This document shows positions 60,938 through 64,000 of a stretch of 64,000 nt of DNA, piece by piece (position 1 is the stretch's first letter; every line of letters starts with the position of its first letter). Position numbers and translations under genes: made by a program. Source of the DNA: an uncultured cyanobacterium (lineage in GTDB: Bacteria; Cyanobacteriota; Cyanobacteriia; PCC-6307; Cyanobiaceae); contig CAVXWZ010000001.1 in NCBI GenBank assembly GCA_963765575.1, positions 160,001 through 224,000 on the forward strand, written 5' to 3'. Under the pieces are notes generated by a model that searched no databases, was not told the DNA's origin, and was given only the letters and a program-made list of their open reading frames with translations.

Positions 60938-62086
60938 TCAGCCCGGGCCGCCCAGCTGAATCGGCAGACCGTGGCGGAGGCTGATCAGCTTGGAGGTGAT
61001 CACGGCCTGGCCGGGCGCCACGCCACTCAGCACTGGATAGCGGTTGTTCTGCAGCGGGCCCAGCTGCACCGGCACCTGGAGGGCGAAGCGGCTGTCGGGC
61101 GGCAGGCCGCGCAGGGCTTCGAGATCCACCTGGCCGGGGCTGCGCTCCAGGTCGGCCAGGCTGCCGGGCACGAACACGAACGCCTGGCCAGACTGCTGGG
61201 TGACGGCTTGAAAGGGCACCGAGAGTTGACTCCGCTCCTCCAGCAGCAGCCTGGTGAGGCTGCGTTGACCGCTCAACAGGCGGCCGCCGGGGTTGTCGAA
61301 TTCGGCCTTGGCCAGCAGGAACTGGCTGGCGCCGTCGATCAGCGGATCCACCGAGCCCAGGCGGCCGCGGGCCAGCACCGCCTCGCTCTGCGGATCGAGC
61401 AGCACCACGGCCTGGCCGGGGCGCACGCGCGCGGCGTAGATGGCCGGCACCTCCAGGCGGGCCTGGAGGCGGTCGTTGCGCACGATGCTCGTGAACGGTT
61501 CATTGGCCTCGACCACATCCCCCACCTTCACCTGCAGGTCGGCCACCAGGCCGGTGATCGGGGCGCGCACGGTGCGGAAGGCCAGGTCGGCCTCGCTGGC
61601 CTGCAGTTGCTCGCGGGAGGCCACGGCCCTGAGGCGAAACTGATCGCGCTGCTCGGCGCTCACGGCACCCTGCTCGGCGAGGAAGCTGTAGCGCTCGGCG
61701 TTGATCTGATCGGTGCGGGCCTGGGCGCGAAGGCGGGCCACATCGGCGCCGGCCTGCACCTGGTCGAGCACGAGCACCATCTCGCCGGCGCGCACCGCCT
61801 TGCCCTGGCTCACGCGCAGCTCCCGCACGCGACCGTCGACCTGGGAGGACAGCTGCACCTCCTCGACCGCCTCCAGGGTGCTGATCGTGTCGACGCTGCT
61901 GCTGAAGGGGCTGGCGGAGACGGTTTCGGTGTTGACACTCAGCGGCGGCGCGGCCGGCCTGCCACCGCCCTGCGGGCGGCAGCCGATCAGCATCGGCAGG
62001 GTGATCAGGGCCGCAGCGGCCAGGCCGAGCCGCCGCCGCAGGCGCAAGCGGCGTGATCGCCCAACCGTCATCCCCTCAGCTGCCAT
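60938..62086 (-). CDS. RND periplasmic adaptor (membrane fusion) lipoprotein
   Basis: Lipobox LIGC, lipoyl halves, VRAPITG.V..VGD.V. Confidence 0.92.
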   Translation of the reverse strand: MAAEGMTVGRSRRLRLRRRLGLAAAALITLPMLIGCRPQGGGRPAAPPLSVNTETVSASPFSSSVDTISTLEAVEEVQLSSQVDGRVRELRVSQGKAVRAGEMVLVLDQVQAGADVARLRAQARTDQINAERYSFLAEQGAVSAEQRDQFRLRAVASREQLQASEADLAFRTVRAPITGLVADLQVKVGDVVEANEPFTSIVRNDRLQARLEVPAIYAARVRPGQAVVLLDPQSEAVLARGRLGSVDPLIDGASQFLLAKAEFDNPGGRLLSGQRSLTRLLLEERSQLSVPFQAVTQQSGQAFVFVPGSLADLERSPGQVDLEALRGLPPDSRFALQVPVQLGPLQNNRYPVLSGVAPGQAVITSKLISLRHGLPIQLGGPG

Positions 62087-62211
62087 GGAGGTTGGAGCTC
62101 AGGTCGCAGCGTAGGTGCCGCACTCCTCAGGGTGCTGGCGTGCCCCCACCACGATCCCCGTGATGGACCCGGCCCCCATGGGGCACGGTTCAAGCCGGTG
62201 TGACGCGACGC

Positions 62212-64000
62212 CTAGCTGCGTCGGGAGATGCGCCGGTAGCGCCGCAGCAGTGTGGGCTGCTGGCCGAACAGCTGGTAGGCCAGCAGCTTCACCTGATCCT
62301 CCACGAGGAACCACAGCAGCGAATAGCCCCACACCACGAGCGCCCAGCCCCAGCCGATGGGCTCCATGAACACTCCGTAGACCGCCAGGAGGGTGGCGAC
62401 CAGCTGGGTCCCGATCACGGCGAACAGCAGCGGCCGGGCCGGCCGGACCGACCAGAACGGGCCCACCGTGCGGGCGACGAAGACCGTGAGATGGCCGGCG
62501 ACCGAGAGCTTGAGGTAGAGCAGGGTCTGGATGAATTGCCGCGGCTGTGGAACCACCACCTCCGCCAGATAGAGGAGCCCGAAGGTGGCGACCACGCCCG
62601 TCAGCCCCACAATGGTGGCCACCCCCAGCACCAGGGGCATCTTCCAGCGCACGGGCCGAGGCTGCCAGCGGCTGCGGTCATAGGCGATCGAGAGGATGGC
62701 GCCGTCGTTGAGAAGGGCCAGCAGCAGGATCATCAACTCCGAGAGGGGATAGAAGTCGAAGACGAGGATCGAGACCGTCATGAACACCAGCACCCGGATC
62801 GTCTCAGCGATGCGGTAGATCGCGTAATGGGTCATGCGCTGGAAGATGCGGCGGCTCTCCCGGATCGCTTCGACAACCACGCTGAGACCTGGCGTGAGCA
62901 GCACGATGTCGGCGGCGCTGCGGGCGGCGTCAGTGGCCCCGGACACGGCGATGCCCGCATCGGCGCGCTTCAGTGCCGGTGCGTCGTTGACCCCGTCACC
63001 GGTCATGCCGACAAGGTGACCGCCGCGCTGCAGCAGCTCCACGATTCGGTACTTGTGCTCGGGAAACACCTCGGCGAAGCCGCTGGCCCGCTCGATCCGC
63101 TGGATGGGATCACCGGGCGGGACAGAGGGGCTGTCCCCGATCGCCTCGGCAGCCAGGATGGATGGGCCCAGGCCGAGCTGGCCCGCCATCTCCCGGGCGA
63201 TCGCCACCTGATCGCCGGTGATCAGCTTGGTGCTGATCCCCAGCTTCTCCAGCTCCTGAAGGGTTGCCAGGCTGTCCTCGCGGGGTGGATCAAATAGCGG
63301 CAGCACGCCGAGGAAGCGCCAGGTCGCTTCCGCATCGGCTTCGGCGACCGCCAGGGAGCGGAACCCGCGGGCGGCGAAGGCCTGAACGGCGCGGCCCACC
63401 TCCTCCTGAACATCGACTGCATTGGCAGACATCGCCAGCAGCACCTGGGGGGCTCCCTTGCTCACCTGGAAGCGGCGGCCCGCCCCATCCACCACCGAGG
63501 CCTCCGTTCGCTTGCGAACCGGATCAAAGGGGTGGAACTGTTCGATGCGCAGGCCGTCCTGGGCTCGGGCCTGGGACGCCTTCAGCACCGCCGCGTCGAT
63601 CGGATCGCGATCCTCGGCCCGGGAGGCCAGGGCTGCGCAGCTGATCAGATGCTCCTCGGTGCATCCGGGCACGCAGAAGGGGGTGCCGAGGGTGAGGCGG
63701 TTCTGGGTGAGTGTGCCGGTCTTGTCGGAGCAGAGGATGTCGATTCCGGCCAGCTCCTCGATGGCGGCGAGCCGCGTCACCACCGCGCGCCGGCGGGCCA
63801 GCCGTTCGGCCCCCACGGCCAGGGTCACGGAGAGCACGGTGGGCATGGCCACAGGGATTGAGGCGACGCAGAGCACCAGGGCAAAGCGCAGCGTCTGCAC
63901 CATGCCGTCACCCCGGAACAGGGCCACCAGCAGGATCACGCTGATCAGCAGCAGGGCCAGCACGATCAGGTAGTCACCGATCTTGAGCACGGCCTGCTGG
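62212..64000 (-). CDS. P-type proton-efflux ATPase (P3A), 5' end outside window
   Basis: SIPVAMP, CSDKTGTLT, DPID, KGAPQV, DPPR, MTGDGVNDAPALK, ALLND. Confidence 0.92.
   Translation of the reverse strand, partial: QQAVLKIGDYLIVLALLLISVILLVALFRGDGMVQTLRFALVLCVASIPVAMPTVLSVTLAVGAERLARRRAVVTRLAAIEELAGIDILCSDKTGTLTQNRLTLGTPFCVPGCTEEHLISCAALASRAEDRDPIDAAVLKASQARAQDGLRIEQFHPFDPVRKRTEASVVDGAGRRFQVSKGAPQVLLAMSANAVDVQEEVGRAVQAFAARGFRSLAVAEADAEATWRFLGVLPLFDPPREDSLATLQELEKLGISTKLITGDQVAIAREMAGQLGLGPSILAAEAIGDSPSVPPGDPIQRIERASGFAEVFPEHKYRIVELLQRGGHLVGMTGDGVNDAPALKRADAGIAVSGATDAARSAADIVLLTPGLSVVVEAIRESRRIFQRMTHYAIYRIAETIRVLVFMTVSILVFDFYPLSELMILLLALLNDGAILSIAYDRSRWQPRPVRWKMPLVLGVATIVGLTGVVATFGLLYLAEVVVPQPRQFIQTLLYLKLSVAGHLTVFVARTVGPFWSVRPARPLLFAVIGTQLVATLLAVYGVFMEPIGWGWALVVWGYSLLWFLVEDQVKLLAYQLFGQQPTLLRRYRRISRRS

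Overview
High-GC chromosomal segment of a picocyanobacterium (Cyanobium/Synechococcus cluster-5 type). The assignment rests on a phycobilisome linker, chlL/chlB/chlN, SLH-domain Som porins, ptrA, DUF3136 and fused pyrF-pyrE. No rRNA, tRNA, CRISPR array, integrase or transposase was seen. Main blocks in order: (1) gor, pdxH, a porin with a Fur-like box, and hupE under a cobalamin riboswitch; (2) an OmpR/EnvZ-type pair, cysK and an orphan phycobilisome linker; (3) a phosphate/arsenic island (phoR-phoB-ptrA, SulP, CPA antiporter, acr3-arsR, gap3-arsJ, two PstS-family proteins, a frameshifted porin, Na/Pi cotransporter) with Pho boxes and an ArsR operator, interrupted by a lower-GC islet (CDGSH protein, persulfide dioxygenase-rhodanese fusion, permease remnant); (4) speD, ackA, SQR, pyrC, pyrFE and an RND pump; (5) a tightly packed kinase / Kir channel / SDR / K+ channel operon; (6) DPOR genes, a DUF2126 ligase, an RCK K+ channel, HD-GYP, an MFP and a partial P3A H+-ATPase. 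The two most notable items are a Yfr1-like seed in the 3' UTR of a porin gene that is exactly complementary to that gene's own RBS region, and a 210-bp identical SLH-coding tract shared by two otherwise divergent porins. All calls come from reading motifs; no database searches were run, and start codons were chosen by eye.
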